A DNA stretch of 64,000 nt. Origin: the human T2T-CHM13v2.0 reference genome, Homo sapiens. The stretch lies in assembly GCF_009914755.1 (NCBI RefSeq), contig NC_060929.1; one strand, given 5' to 3'. A model generated the notes under the pieces. It did no database searches. It saw only the letters and a list, made by a program, of their open reading frames with translations, and was not told the DNA's origin. Position numbers and translations under genes: made by a program. Positions 43,153 to 56,440 of this stretch are shown here, in pieces; the stretch's first letter is position 1, and the number at the start of each line of letters is the position of its first letter.

Positions 43153-45859
43153 TATTTCTTTAGTTTTGATGTAAGATTGTTAATTTGGAATCTTTCTAAG
43201 TTTTTCACGTGTGCATTTAGCACTATAGCCTTCCCTTTTAACACTGCTTTAGCTTTGTCCCATGGATTCTTGCATGTTGTATCTTTGTTCTTATCAGTTC
43301 CAAATAATTTCTTGATTTCTGCCTTAATTTCACTGTTTTATCCAAAAGTCATTCAGGAGCAGGTTGTTAAATTTCCATGTAATTGTATGGTTTTGAATGT
43401 CTTTTTAGTATTGATTTCTATTTTTATTGCACTACTGTCCAAGGCTGTGTTTAGTATGATTTCAGTTTTTTTTTTGGAATTTTTGGAGGATTGTTTTCTG
43501 GTTGATTTTAGAATATGTGCCATGTTCAGATGAGAAGAATGTATATTCTGTTGTTTTTGGGTGTAGACTTTCATAGATGTCTGTTACTCCCATTGTTCAA
43601 GTGTCTTTGCTAGTTTTCTGTCTCAATGATCCATGCCCTTCTTTGTCTTTTTTGATCATTGCATGTTTAAAGTCTGTTCTGTCTGGAATTAGAATAGCAG
43701 CCTCTGCTTTTTTCCTGTTTTCCATTTGCTTAGTAGATTATTCTCTATCTCTTTACTTTGAGCCTATGGGTGTTACTATATGTGAGATAGATCTCTTGAA
43801 GACAACATATAGTTGGGTATTGCCTCTTTATCCAACTTGCCACTCTGTGCCTTTTAAATGGGGGCATTTAGCTCATTTAATTTCAAGGTTAATATTGATG
43901 TGTATGAGTTTGATTCTGTCATCGTGTTGTTAGCTGTTTATTATATACACTTCATTGTGTGGTTGCTTTATAGTGTTAATGGTCTATAGATTTGAGTGTA
44001 TTTTTGTGACGGAGAGTAACAATCTTTCCTTTACATATTTAGCACCCCCCTAATAACCTCTTACATGGCAGGTCTGGTGGTAACAAATGCCCTTGGCATT
44101 TGCTAGTCTGATAAGGATCTTATTTCTCCTTCTCTTATGAAGCTTATTCCAGCTGCATAAGAAATTCTTGGTTGGAATTTCTTTTCTTTAAGACTGGTTA
44201 GTATAGGCACTGAATCTCTTCTGGCTCTTGGACATTTTGCTGAAAGGTCCACTGTTGGCCTTATGGAGCTCCTTTCGTAGATAACCTGCCCCTTCTCTTT
44301 AAACCATGTTTAACAATTTTTCTTTCCTTTTGAACTTGCAGAATGACGACTATGTCTTGGGGATGGTCATCTTGAATAGTATCTCACAGGGGTTCTCTGC
44401 ATTTCCTGGATTTGAATATTGCCCTCTCTAGCGAGGTTGGGAAAATCTTCATGGATGACATCCTCAAATATGTTTTCCAAGTTGCTTGCTTTCTCTCCCT
44501 CTCTTTAAGGGATGCCAATGAGTGTAAGATTTGTTCTCTTTACATGATTCCACGCTTCTCAGAGGTCTTCTTTATTTTTGTCTCACTGAGTTATTTTGGA
44601 GAGCTGGTCTTCAAGCTCTAAGATTCTTTCATCAGCTTCGTTGAGTCTGCTCTTAATACTTGTGATTGTATTATGAAATTCTTGAAGTGAGTTTTTCAGT
44701 TTTATCAGGTCATTTTGGTACTTTCTTAAAATGGCCATTTTGTCTTTTAGCTCCTGTGTCATTTTATTGGATTACTTAGATTCCTTGAATTGGGTTTTGG
44801 ACTTTTTCCTGAAAGTTGATGATCTTTGTTCCTATCCATACTCTGAATTCTATTTCTGTCATTTCCACCATTTCAACCTGCTTAAGAACTATTACTGGGG
44901 ATCTAGTGTAGTTGTTTGAAGGTAAGAAGATATGGTGGCTTTCTGAGTTGCCAGAGTTCTTGTATTAGCTCCTTCTTATTTGTGTGGGTGGCTGTTCCTT
45001 TCATCTTTGGAGTTGCTGTCCTTTGGAGAGATATTCTGGGGGACTTTTATCTTCTCTGATGTCCTTTGGGGTTTTATTTTGGTATAAGGTGGGTTCAGTC
45101 AACTTCCTTTGGTTCTGGAAGATTTCGGGTAGCCAAGCTTCAGTTCTGTGCTTCCTCATGCTGTAACTCTAGGGGACTGGGACAAAGTCCCTGGTTTTGT
45201 TCTCTGAACCCTTGAGGATAGGAACCTGCTGTGTTGCAGGGATTGACGTGTTCCTGGTCTTCTGGACACAACACTATGATGGATGTCGCTGGTCAAAGTG
45301 CTTCATCAAGGTGGTGGCAGTGGCAACTGTGCTTGCTTGCATGTGCCAGCAGGTATGGTGGTGCAGCAGGGTGCACACACATTGACTGGTGTGGGGCACT
45401 GATGGGAGACTTTGCTTTCATTTTCACAAGTGCTTCATATTGGCAATATATTTTGGTATTGTATTTTGGACTATGATCCAGTAGGTGGTGGTGAAGAGTG
45501 TTAGCCATCAGATATGCTCTTACTTGGCTGCACGGCTTTTTTGTGTGTGTTTCGGTGTAGTTGGCAGTAGTGCTCCGTGGTGGATGGGGAAAGAAAAGAC
45601 TCCTTTACATAGTCCACTCCTGTGTCTTGGAGGAGCCCCCTCTGATGACTGTCTCTGTGCTCACATTTCTTTTGTTGGCTGTTCTGGTCCATGGGGCTCC
45701 CTCAGTCAGGGGCTGCAGTTTGCAGCCAGGCTGTATCCTCCTCGGGTCACCCTACTCCTCCACTGATCTGTAAACCCGAGCATCTCACTTCTCTCAGTAA
45801 TTCGAGAGTAAGGGATCCTCCCTGCTTAGACACTGCCCAAACCAGCAAGTTCTGCTGAG

Positions 45860-46560
45860 CTAGAAGATGTGGGTGTGGGTGGGGTCACCCAATTTGCTAT
45901 CTGAGTTCTTCCCAGGAAAACATGGGGTTGTGCCTGCCCAGAGACTTCAGGCAGTAGTGGGACCACTGCGCTGGAAGCTTTGGGAGGTGCGGCCCATCTA
46001 ACTAAGAGAAGTGGGGTGGGTGGTGTTGTCCTCTCTGCCATCTAGGTGTTTTCCAGGGCAACAGGAGGCTGTACTGCTTGGCAGAATTCAGAAAGAAGTG
46101 GGTCCTCTTGGCCAAAAGCTCCTGCTGGCATTGCTCACCTGGCTACCAGTGGCAGGGATGGGTGGGGTCGCCTGCCCTGCCATCCAGGTGTTTCCCAGGA
46201 TGAAAGGATGCTGTACCCATCAACACAGTCCACACAGAAGTGGGACTGCTGGGCTATTAGCTCTAGCATGCATTGACTACCTGATTAACAGTGGCAGTGG
46301 TGGATGAATCACTCACCATCCCTGGTGTCTGGTTGCTTCTGGGGACAACAGAAGGCTGCACCTGACTGACTGAGTTCACATAAAAGCAGGATGGCTGGGC
46401 TGGAAGCTCTAGCATGCATTGCCTTCCTGGCTACCAGTGGCAGGGGTGGAGTCTGGGGGATTGCTGGCCCTGTCGTCTGGGTACCTCCTAGGACAACAGG
46501 AGGCTGCAGCTGCTGGCCAAGTTCAGGCAAAGCAGGACCACCAGGCTGGAAGCTGGTACT
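45860..46560 (-). repeat. About five diverged ~144-bp tandem units in the L1 5' UTR
   Basis: ctggctaccagtggcaggg at 46139 and 46427; gctctagcatgcattg at 46260 and 46407; caacaggaggctg recurs. Confidence 0.85.
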
Positions 46561-47074
46561 GAGCCTTGTCTGGTGAAGTAGGGTGGAGCCATCTTACTGC
46601 TCCCATGAACTGCAACTGTGGCTTCTATTGGAGCTATAGTGCTTATGCTTGTCTGTTTCAGGGTCCAAGGCTTGTAGAGGACCCCTTGGACTTGATGGTT
46701 GCCTCCACAAAAGGGAGACTTTCTGCCTCAGCTTAGAAGTGCAGTGGAGGGGGCCAAGGGGCTTCTATCATTCCCAAGTCTTGCAAGGGTCCCTGTGGAA
46801 AGTATAAATCCCCCAAGGGACTCTCATTCATTTACCCTTTCCTGAGTCGGGGAGCTTCTCCTGGCTCCACATTGGGCCCTGTTAGGCTAGTGCCCAGTTT
46901 TGCCCCCTCTCTGTTCTCTGTGTCCCCCTGATGCCTTGATGGATCTTAGCATGGCTTCTTACATGATCAGCCTGTAGGGTCAGTGTTCACCAGCCCTATG
47001 TTTTGCTTTCCATGAGTGGCACACATGAGCTGCTCTAGTCTGCCATCCTGACCCAACATTTAGAGCATTTCTCT

Positions 47075-49090
47075 ATAAAAATATATTATATTTTATTTTA
47101 ATTTATGCCTTTTCAGACATTCTTTTTTAATTTTCATAGATCCACTGTTCTGACCTATGTCATATTCCTTCTACCTGGATAATTTATTTTAACATATCTT
47201 GTGGACAGTTCTGCTGGCAATAAATTTCTTGTTTTCCATTATCTGAGAAAGTTTTTACTTCTTCACTTCTTAAGAATATTTTCTCTGGACATGCAGCTTC
47301 TGATTGTCAACTTTTTCTTTCAAAATTTCAAACATTTCAGTCCAGTGTCTTCTTACTTGCCTGGTTTCTGATGAGAAGTCTGTTGTAATTATTGGTCTTG
47401 TTCATCCACAGGTGACATGCCCTGTCTCCCCACCTCAAGCTGCCTTCTTGGTTTTCTCTGTGGATTTTTGTCTTCAGTGGTATGAATATAGTATGTCTGG
47501 TTTGATTTATTTTTGCTCGTTAGTTTTATCTTTATATTTATTCTGTTATGGTGCAGTCTGTGCTTCTTGGATCTGTGTGGTTTGTTGTCTGTAACTAGTT
47601 TTGCAAAGTTTTGGGTAATTGATTATTTAAAAATTTCTGCTGCTCTAAATATCTTCTCCTTGTGGGATTGCAATGATGATGTATATCTTACATTGTTTAT
47701 TACCTCAGAGTTCCTGTTTGTCATATTCTGTGTTTTCGACTTTTTGCTCTTTGCATTTCAGCGTTCTATTGAACCATCTTCAATTTCATAGGTAATTTGG
47801 CTGTCCTAAGTCTACTCATGGGCTCATTGAAAATATTTTCAGTTTTTGCTACTGTTTCTATTTATAAGATTTCCATTGGATTCTTTCATATAATTTCCAT
47901 CTCTCTGATGATATTACTCATCAAATATTGCAGATTTTCTGCCTTTAATTATTTTAAATTCCTCTCTAATAACTTCATTGTCTCTGTTGTATCTGAGTAT
48001 GGCTCTGATCATTACTTTGTTTTCTCACATTGTGCTTTTTCTTGCCTGTGGGCATGCTTTCTACATTTTTCTTCTGAAAATTGAATATCTTTTCACAAGG
48101 CAACGGATGCTTTAGTAGATAGGACTTTACTGTGAGAATTTTAATTAATTTAATCTGTACTCGAGCTATATTTGAAGTGTGTTGTTGGTGTGGGAACCAG
48201 AGGCTTCAAACTCCTCTAGTGACCTTGTTTCTAATCTCCCTTCTGATTTGGGTGCTTCCCTTTTAGCCATATCTCAGAGAAAGTCTATCTGTTGCCACTC
48301 GTAAGCTGCAGCCCACTGTTGTATTATTAATGGGGGCTTCCTAGCATGGTTAGAGCATGGGAAGAGCATTATCTAATCTTCTGATTAAGTCTTTGTCTTT
48401 GGAGTACACAATAGGCCTGTGTCTCAGGGGTGTGAACTTCAGAAACATTTCTATTTCTCCTTCAGGGCTAGAGACTTTTCCCTCTGTCCTCCTAACCCAT
48501 TTCCTGGTTGCAATTGGACAATTTTCCTAATGTCCCTTAGGCCATTGTTCTTGCAGATTATGGCTTTTTCTGTGTCCTAAGCAAGACTGGGAGGCTGCAG
48601 CTGCACTTAGTTTGCTTCCCTTAACTATAATGGAATTTCACTACTCAGGAGGCGTTACTCATTTTCTACCCCTGTGGACTGAGACTTTGTTCTGTAAGTG
48701 AAAAGGATGTCTGGGCATCTCACTTGTCCCTTCCCACAACTGGTACTGGTGGGGCGTGTGTAGGGGGGTACTTTTTGCAGATCCACATTTTGAGAGACTT
48801 TGGGGGTTCTTGAAGGAAAAGGCTACAAAAGCATGGTGGTATCCCTACGACTATTGATCCCAAGCATTTCTCACTCTCATCCTAGCCCATATTTGGCTTC
48901 CAGCAATTTGTCAGAATTTTCAGTTTGATCTTACAATTGGTTTCTGTGGATTCCAGTGGCTTCTGTCCAGGTAAGAAAATTCTCAAATCCTGTATCTCGT
49001 TGCAGGTGCCTTGGGGATAGCAGTTTGTCCCGAGACCTCAAGATTCATGAAAAATCACTGGTTTTAAATTTGTGTAGTTCTTTCTATCTG
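47075..49090 (-). mobile_element. Old L1M (MC/MD-type) ORF1/5' region
   Basis: tctgagaaag..cttcactt, tttctgatgagaagtctgttgtaatt, accagaggcttcaaactcctctagtg. Confidence 0.75.
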
Positions 49091-49288
49091 AACTGAACTT
49101 ATGTCAATTAATTTTTTTTATATATCAATTTATAATCTGACTAAGCAAATTGCTTGATATTTTCTTTACTAAAATAAATAAAAAGTGGATTGAAGAAATT
49201 AAGAGCTTCTTGCTTACAAACATAGAACATATAATGCATATTAAAACCTTAAGTATTTTGAGTTTTTTTTTTTTTGCCTTTGAAATAG

Positions 49289-49622
<334 letters not shown>

Positions 49623-50361
49623 CTGTGAATATTTGAATAAAGAAAACAAATGTGAATCTTTACAAACATAGTTCCTTATATAAAGTTCTAGAAATGATAG
49701 TTAATTTGAGAATTCTTAAGGAAAAAATTAGATTGTTTATAACAACACTAGCAACCTTAATTTTTTGAGCAGCAATCAGAGTTTCTGTAAACACTTGTCA
49801 TTAAAGAAAATAATTGTTTTTTAAGATTTATTAAACTTTTTTTAGAAACTTAGACAATTTTATAAAAAACCACTAAATCAGAGATTATTTGGAAACTCTA
49901 ATTTTCACTGTACTGTTTTTGTATATTTTTCATCAGTTAGAGAGAGTTTTCAGTGATGGTAGAAACTAATAATATTTTGCTCACATATATTTATTATTTG
50001 TGAGAAATTATTTTTGAATAGGTTTCTTATTTCCCAATTGTTTCTTTTACAGAGATTTATTGGTTTAAATGGTGAACTGGTGGATATCTTACTCACCTCT
50101 TGTACCAGAGGTTTCTGCCTTCATAATTTTTGTATATAATTTGGTACCATCAATAATGTGCTTTTGCAAAAGCATAGTAATTGGTGTATTAACAAAAGCA
50201 CATCTCATGCACTCACAAATGATTCTTATTGGAGAAGAAAGCCAAATATTTTTCCATGATAAAACAGTATCATTTACTATTCTTAACGTCAAGTAGAATA
50301 AAAGAGTACTGAAAACATAACCATACTGTATAACAGTAGGACAAGTCTGTGCTTTGGATGA

Positions 50362-50736
50362 TGCTGTGGGGTGACTTGTGCCCCCTCCCTGAAGTTTGTA
50401 TGTTGAAGTAATTACCAGTACCTCAGGCTATGGCTGTATTTGGGAATAGGATCTTTTAAAAGGTATTTAAGGCCCTTAGTATGGGCTTTTATCCAGTATG
50501 ATTTGTCTCCTCATTAGAAGAGATTAAGATACAGACACACACAGTGGAAAGATCATGTGAAGGCAGAGGGGAAAGATGACCATCTACGAGTCTAGGATAG
50601 GGGACTCAGGAGAAATCAACACTATCAACGCTTTGATCTTAGACTTCCAGCCTCCAGACCATGAGGAAATAAATTTCTGTTGTTTAAGCACCCAGCCTGT
50701 GACACCTTGTTATAGAAGCCCTGGCAAGCAAATATA
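50362..50736 (+). mobile_element. MLT1B-like solo LTR
   Basis: tgctgtggg..tgttgaag..cagtacctcag..gacttccagcctccaga..aataaatttctgttgtttaagc. Confidence 0.88.
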
Positions 50737-51221
50737 GGTGATTGAGGATAATCATTTTTGGATTACAGTACAGATCTGGATGAAGGCCACCTGTCTCAAT
50801 GAAAGCAATCATCAGTCTCATTAAGTTCTTGAAGATAATTAATAACAAACCAAAGAATAGAAATAATGTAATAGCCTTATGACAGTACAGTGGGAAATCT
50901 GGACAAAGCTTAGAATTCATGACTTCAAAAACTATCATCTTTTTCTAAATTTTTTATTTTGAAAATTGTTAAATTATAGGTGTTGACATTAGGGCACCAA
51001 CTCATTTTTATTAGTTAATCCTTTTCAAAGAAGACTATGGTCTATTTATAAGAGCTCCAGAGAAGAATGTGTGAACATTGGGCTGTCACGATTCTCTCCT
51101 ATGCTCATATGTTAAGACATTGCAACCATATCATGTTCTATTATTTCACAGGGGTCTAGATGGAGTCTCCGTATTCTTTCTGAACACAGTGTTCCACAAC
51201 TCCCATGGCTATTGGTGATAC

Positions 51222-51310
51222 TTACTCAACTTAGTCACTAAGAAAATGATTTTTCAGGCTACCATGTGCCCGACACTGCTATAGGCACAAGAAAAATAGT
51301 AGACAAAAAA
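51222..51310 (-). mobile_element. L2 3' end fragment
   Basis: ctaccatgtgcccgacactgctataggcac. Confidence 0.55.
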
Positions 51311-51946
51311 GGAGTCAAGCAGCTGGTCTGGAATCCATTGATTTCCCTCTACCAGGAGGATGCTCAGACAGAAGGCAGGTGGCTTTCAATGGCATCATAA
51401 ACTCTTTGGCAACTGACCTTCTGGTTACTAACTAATGGTATGTGTTATTTCATTAACAAAATAAAAATATTTTTGGTAGTTTGTTTCTGGTTTAGCATTT
51501 CTTTTGGCAGACAAACTTAACTCCTGTGGGCATGAATCCCTGGAAATTTTCATGTAAATTCTAACTATCTAAGTAAAAAAACAAATAGATGTTTCATGAC
51601 CTAAAATATTGCTTGATGTTTCAGGGTGACTGTGATCTGCATTTGGAGACTTCATCCTTCAATCTGGGACAGAAAGCACATTTCCAGCAGAAAGAACCTG
51701 AGGAGTCACATTCTGTCCCAGCTTTCTCTAACCTTTGCTTGTGTTTCTTGATTCTTGTGGATTGAAAATGATGAGCAAACCTTGATTCTGTGCACTGCTT
51801 TGCCATTCCAGAACAACAGCATGGTTTTAACAAGGAGACGTAACCTTCACGACCATTGTTTCTAAAGTTTATAACAATTAGAGTTATTTCTTGAAGTATA
51901 AAATCTGTAAAACTGAATACAGTCTTCTGAGCTATTATTACAATTG

Positions 51947-52266
51947 CAGTTCGTCAATTTCTCCTTTGAAAACCTTGGGGCAAAATATAATTTGAAATTC
52001 GGTTATTTTTTAGATGTTAGGAGATACCAGTCAGGTATTATAAATGTTATAACAGCTGCAGTAGATTTGAAGGCATAGCTCCATACTCAAAAATGTTAAT
52101 GTTTCTGAAATTAAACATATGAATATTTATACAAAATATCACACATACAGATTATAATATGTTGTTTCCTGTCAGTTCAGACTATGCCACCAAAGGAGTT
52201 AGAAAAAACTTTTAGTTTTCAGATAATTTTGGTTTATAATATTATAAATAAATAATTATGCAACTG
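51947..52266. mobile_element. MER46C (Tigger)
   Basis: gaaaaccttggggc..aaacatatgaatatt..gtcagttcag..gccaccaaaggagtt..aaaaaacttttagttttcaga. Confidence 0.75.
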
Positions 52267-52299
52267 AATTATCATTATTTATTTCTACATTTTTAACAA

Positions 52300-53260
52300 A
52301 AACATTTTTCAAAGCATTTTTGACTTCCTGTTTTAGATTAAACTGATTTCTTTTTCTGCCTGTTGTGGGCTGGGTATTTTTATACTACCTTGTGTATTTA
52401 ATTAAATGCATTGATTCTTGCATCCCATGACTTCCTTACTGCTTTTTTGTTTTCAGTTTAGCTAAAACATGCTCAAGCAGTTTTATTTTCAAATGGATAC
52501 GTGGGGGAAATTTAGATGCTTTTGCAAGAACAAAAATATGTTTAATTGTTTGTACACGTAATTTATAATTTGGTTGGGTAAAAAGTTCTAGATTCCAAAT
52601 TCTTTTCCCTCAGAACATTGAAGATATTGCTCTATTGAGCTTTGAACTCAGTGCTGTTAATGGATTCTTTGATGACAGTCTGGTTTGCATTTATTTGCCA
52701 ATAACCTGATCATTTTTTAAAGCCATTAGTATCCTCTCTTCATCTTTTATTCTTTGAAATTTCAACATGATGTTCTAAGGTGATGGTCCTTTTTAAATTT
52801 ATCCTGGTGGTTACCTGGCAGAGCCTTTTATTACAAACGCTTTTATCTACTTTTTAAGCTTAGCTATTTTTCTTATTAGTCCTTTGTTTTCATTCTTCAT
52901 CTATATATTCTGTTCCTTTATTCTAATGTAATATATTTTGCCATCCTGGTTTAATTCTATGTATTTCCTAACATTTTATGCATCTTTTTATTTTTATATT
53001 TTTTCTTTGTATTATGGGAAATTCTTTTAATTTTAATATTTTTGTATAATTTCAGGGCTTTTAACAAAGCAAACTTGTTCTCATATTCTTCAACTTCTTT
53101 ATATGACCCTATTATTTTTAAAAAATATAATATCCTCTCATATATTTTTGTGAATAAAAATTAAAGTATTTTGAAAGTTGTTCTCATTCCCTTAAATATG
53201 CCTGTTTTCAGTACTAACATTTTTGTTTATTAATCTTTCCCTTTCATGCTGTGCACTTAA
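52300..53260 (-). mobile_element. Old L1ME or HAL1-like fragment
   Basis: ttttccctcagaacattgaagatattgctctattg, ttctttgaaatttcaacatgatgt. Confidence 0.6.
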
Positions 53261-53467
53261 CCACAGTGTCATGATTTGTGTTCTTGTACATGATTGGTAA
53301 GGCCACTACCTGCTACCAGGCATCTCTTGTAACGCTCAGATCCTCACACTCCACATTCGCTATGTCATGACCTGTCAAGATCCTTCACATGATAGCTGCT
53401 TGTATTTTAAAAATTAATAGAAACCCAATAAGTGCAACAGAACAAGCTGCAGCTCTCCTCACCATGG

Positions 53468-53557
53468 TTGTTCCCATAGCCATAATTGCTATTCATCATT
53501 TCCTTCCTCTACCACTAATTCTAGATTCCTCTCATTCTTAGCCAGTATGTCTGCTGG
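53468..53557 (-). mobile_element. ERVL internal remnant (pol C-terminus)
   Basis: Minus strand translates PADILAKNERNLELVVEEGNDE*QLWLWEQ, like the ERVL pol end PAEVLAEG.GN.EWVVEEG...YQL. Confidence 0.75.
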
Positions 53558-54060
53558 CCCGTGACCTTGCCCAGCATCCTGCTGTGATCCTCAGTCATAA
53601 AACTATTTGCTTACCAGTTTTGTATTCACCACCTTCTCCAGTGCAGCACCCACAAGACCCATTCCCAAGCATGTTTTCTGAGTTACTTATTGTGTCTATT
53701 GACCACATCTCATAGCTCCTTTTGTGAATAACCTCCTTAGTCTTGAAGGGAGAACAAGACTTCTTTGATCAAGTCATGCTTAAATGCAGCCCTAGTTTTA
53801 GTCAAGTAGCAATGAAGTGAGTTTGATGCAGATTTGAAGACAAGTATCATCTTGCAAAGCATCCACTAGAGAATAGGACTTTCCATGGTCTTCAGGGGAG
53901 TGGAGGCTGCTTTCCACCAGCAAAGTGGAGAACATAATTTCAGAAGCTAGAGGCCTTGGACCTTTATATGTGTGTTTGAAACACATCCAACAGGATGTTC
54001 CTACTCCAGGTCTCCTGGGACCACACCTTCACTGTCAAAGCCTGAATTGCGGTGTAGGAA

Positions 54061-54696
54061 TGCACTATTTTTTTATTGCTGCAAACAAAATACTACATCC
54101 TTGTCAGCTTCAAACAATACCATTAATGTCAAACAAAATTCTACAAACTTGTAAGCATTAAACAACACCATTAATTTATTAACTCTGAAAATCTGAAACC
54201 TGTTCATGGCCAGGATAGATTCTTTGTTCAAGTTCTCACAGATTAAATTCAAAGTATTGGCTTATCTAAGTTTTCAGCTGAAGATTAACATCCTCTCCCA
54301 AGCTCCGGTGCCTGTGACACAATTCAGTTCCTTTTCATTGTGGGACTAAAGTGTTTTTTTCTTGCTAGATGACAGCTAGATGCAGCACAAAGAGGCTGCC
54401 CACATTTCTTGCCATGTGGCAGCTTCTATCTTCAAAGCCAGCAATGGAGAATCTCTCTTGTGTTGAATCTCTCTCGTGAATAAATTTCTTTTGCCAGGAG
54501 GACTTCAGTGTTATTAAAAGACTGACTGATTTGGCCAGGTTTCTTATGTTCATGTCACCTGGTTAGAATATTAAATACGTCTGTAAAATTCCTTTATAGC
54601 AGCACCTAGATTAGTGTTTGATTGAATACCTGGAAGAGTGGTGTGTCTACCAGGGATGGGAATCTTGAGGGCCATCTCAGAATTCTGTCTTCCACA
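54061..54696 (-). mobile_element. MLT1E-like LTR
   Basis: ttattgctgc..ttcttgccatgtggc..atcttcaaagccagcaatggagaatc..gggaatcttgagggccatctcagaattctgtcttccaca. Confidence 0.85.
54082..54177 (+). repeat. 48-bp tandem duplication, two copies, 8 mismatches
   Basis: caaacaaaatactacatccttgtcagcttcaaacaataccattaatgt versus caaacaaaattctacaaacttgtaagcattaaacaacaccattaattt. Confidence 0.85.
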
Positions 54697-54831
54697 AGGA
54701 GACTTGCGAGGGCTGTGAATTCAGCTTTCTCTGCACTTCTCTTCCCTCACAATGCATTCCTTGAATTGATATGCAGCACAGTCATCTTTCTAGATACAAG
54801 ACATGGGGCCCTTAATACTATCCATAGAGAC

Positions 54832-55178
54832 TGTACTGGGTTGACTGGTGTTCCTCCGAAATTCATGTCCACATGGAACCTCATAATGTGACCCAGTTCA
54901 GAAAAAGAGTCTTTGCTGATGTCATTAGTTGAGATTAGGTCATACTGGATTAAGTGGGTCTTAATTTAATGACTGGTGTCCTTATTAGAACACCACAGAA
55001 GCTAGGAAGAGACAAGACAGAATCCTTCCCTAGAGTTTTCCAAGAGAGTGTATAGCCTTGCCAACACCTTAGATTTACAGCTTCTAGAACAGGAGAAAAT
55101 AAATTTCTACTGTTTTAAACATACAGTTTAAAACAGTATGTGTTACTATACAACTAATGCTGAGGAAACTAAGATACA
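54832..55178 (+). mobile_element. MLT1C-like LTR, internally deleted
   Basis: tgtactgggttga..aaattcatgtccac..gaacctca..gtctttgctgatgt..ggtcatactggatta..gaagctaggaaga..ggaaactaagataca. Confidence 0.85.
55108..55138. repeat. Perfect 13-bp inverted repeat, 5-nt loop
   Basis: tactgttttaaac-ataca-gtttaaaacagta. Confidence 0.95.
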
Positions 55179-55384
55179 GGCTTTCTGACTTTCTGACCAT
55201 GTCCTGAGTCTGTAGTTGTTTAACCAACACTGTTATTTTCTTCGATTAGTACTGCAAAAATACTAAAAATTAATAAACCAATATGACAGTCCTTATGATT
55301 AGCATTGCCACTGTGGAGATATTGCAAAAACCAGTGTATACTTTCCTACCTATATCCCGTCCCACATGACCATGGGTGAGAATC

Positions 55385-55792
55385 CCTTAGCTCTGTGCTA
55401 CAGCAAACAAACAGGTGCACAGGTTTTCTCTATATATGTATATCTATATACATATCATTCTTAGCTCTATATCTCTTTTTATTCCTATATCAATCTATCT
55501 ACAGATTTATTTTAAGGAATTGGCAGACATGGTATTTCGGCTCCCATCTGAAGGAAGTCTGGAGGCACAATGCCTTCTTCCTCAGGGGAAATCAGTCATT
55601 TTCTCTTAAGGCCTTCAATGGATTCAATAAGGCATATTCACCTTCTGAGGAGTAATCTGCTTTACTCAGATTCTACTGATATAAATTTCAATTTCATCTA
55701 AACATGCCTTCACAGTGACATGTGAACTTGCATTTAGTCAAATATACGGGTATTGTGGACCAGAGAAGTGGGCACATAAAATTAACCATAAT
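55385..55792 (-). mobile_element. MLT2D-like ERVL LTR
   Basis: agatttattttaaggaattggc..ttaaggccttcaa..taatctgctttactca..cacataaaattaacca. Confidence 0.85.
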
Positions 55793-55793
55793 C

Positions 55794-56119
<326 letters not shown>

Positions 56120-56324
56120 CTAGCAATTGAGTTCTCTTTGCTATGTCTGTTAAGTCAAGAAACCCATATTTCTAGGTACCAATCATGTTACTTAAATAAC
56201 AGTAGGTAAAAATACTGTATACTGGTTATACTTAAAAATCACTTTATTGAAAGTTTCTGATAAAAATTTTAATGTTTCTTTTTAACTTTTAACTTATGAG
56301 TGAAGAATAAAAAAAGTACTATGG

Positions 56325-56440
56325 TGAAATACTATCAGTCTTGGAAGGGACCTCACAGCTATGTATTTTAGTCCTCATTTCACAGATGAGGACATTTTGA
56401 TAAAGAAAAAGATAAGCTTTCTATAAGTGATTGTTAGTTT
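56325..56440 (-). mobile_element. MIR fragment
   Basis: ttggaagggacctca..cctcatttcacagatgagga is the antisense MIR core. Confidence 0.65.

Larger units (their letters stand above)
40187..47056 (-). mobile_element. End-to-end L1PA15/16 with internal deletions, non-coding
   Basis: 3' UTR caccctcaagtaggccctggtgtctg at 40190-40440; ORF2 remnants in the track ([26 protein letters not shown]); 5' end gatggcagactagagcagc..gtgaacactgaccct on the minus strand; TSD-like tta(a/g)agcattt on both sides. Confidence 0.93.

Noticed and set aside
45860-46560. Regularly spaced repeats considered as a CRISPR-like array
   Set aside because: Whole units are homologous with no unique spacers; they are L1 5' UTR tandem repeats in eukaryotic DNA
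42670-48084. Many hydrophobic F/L/I-rich ORFs resembling membrane proteins
   Set aside because: Antisense translations of T-rich L1 strands
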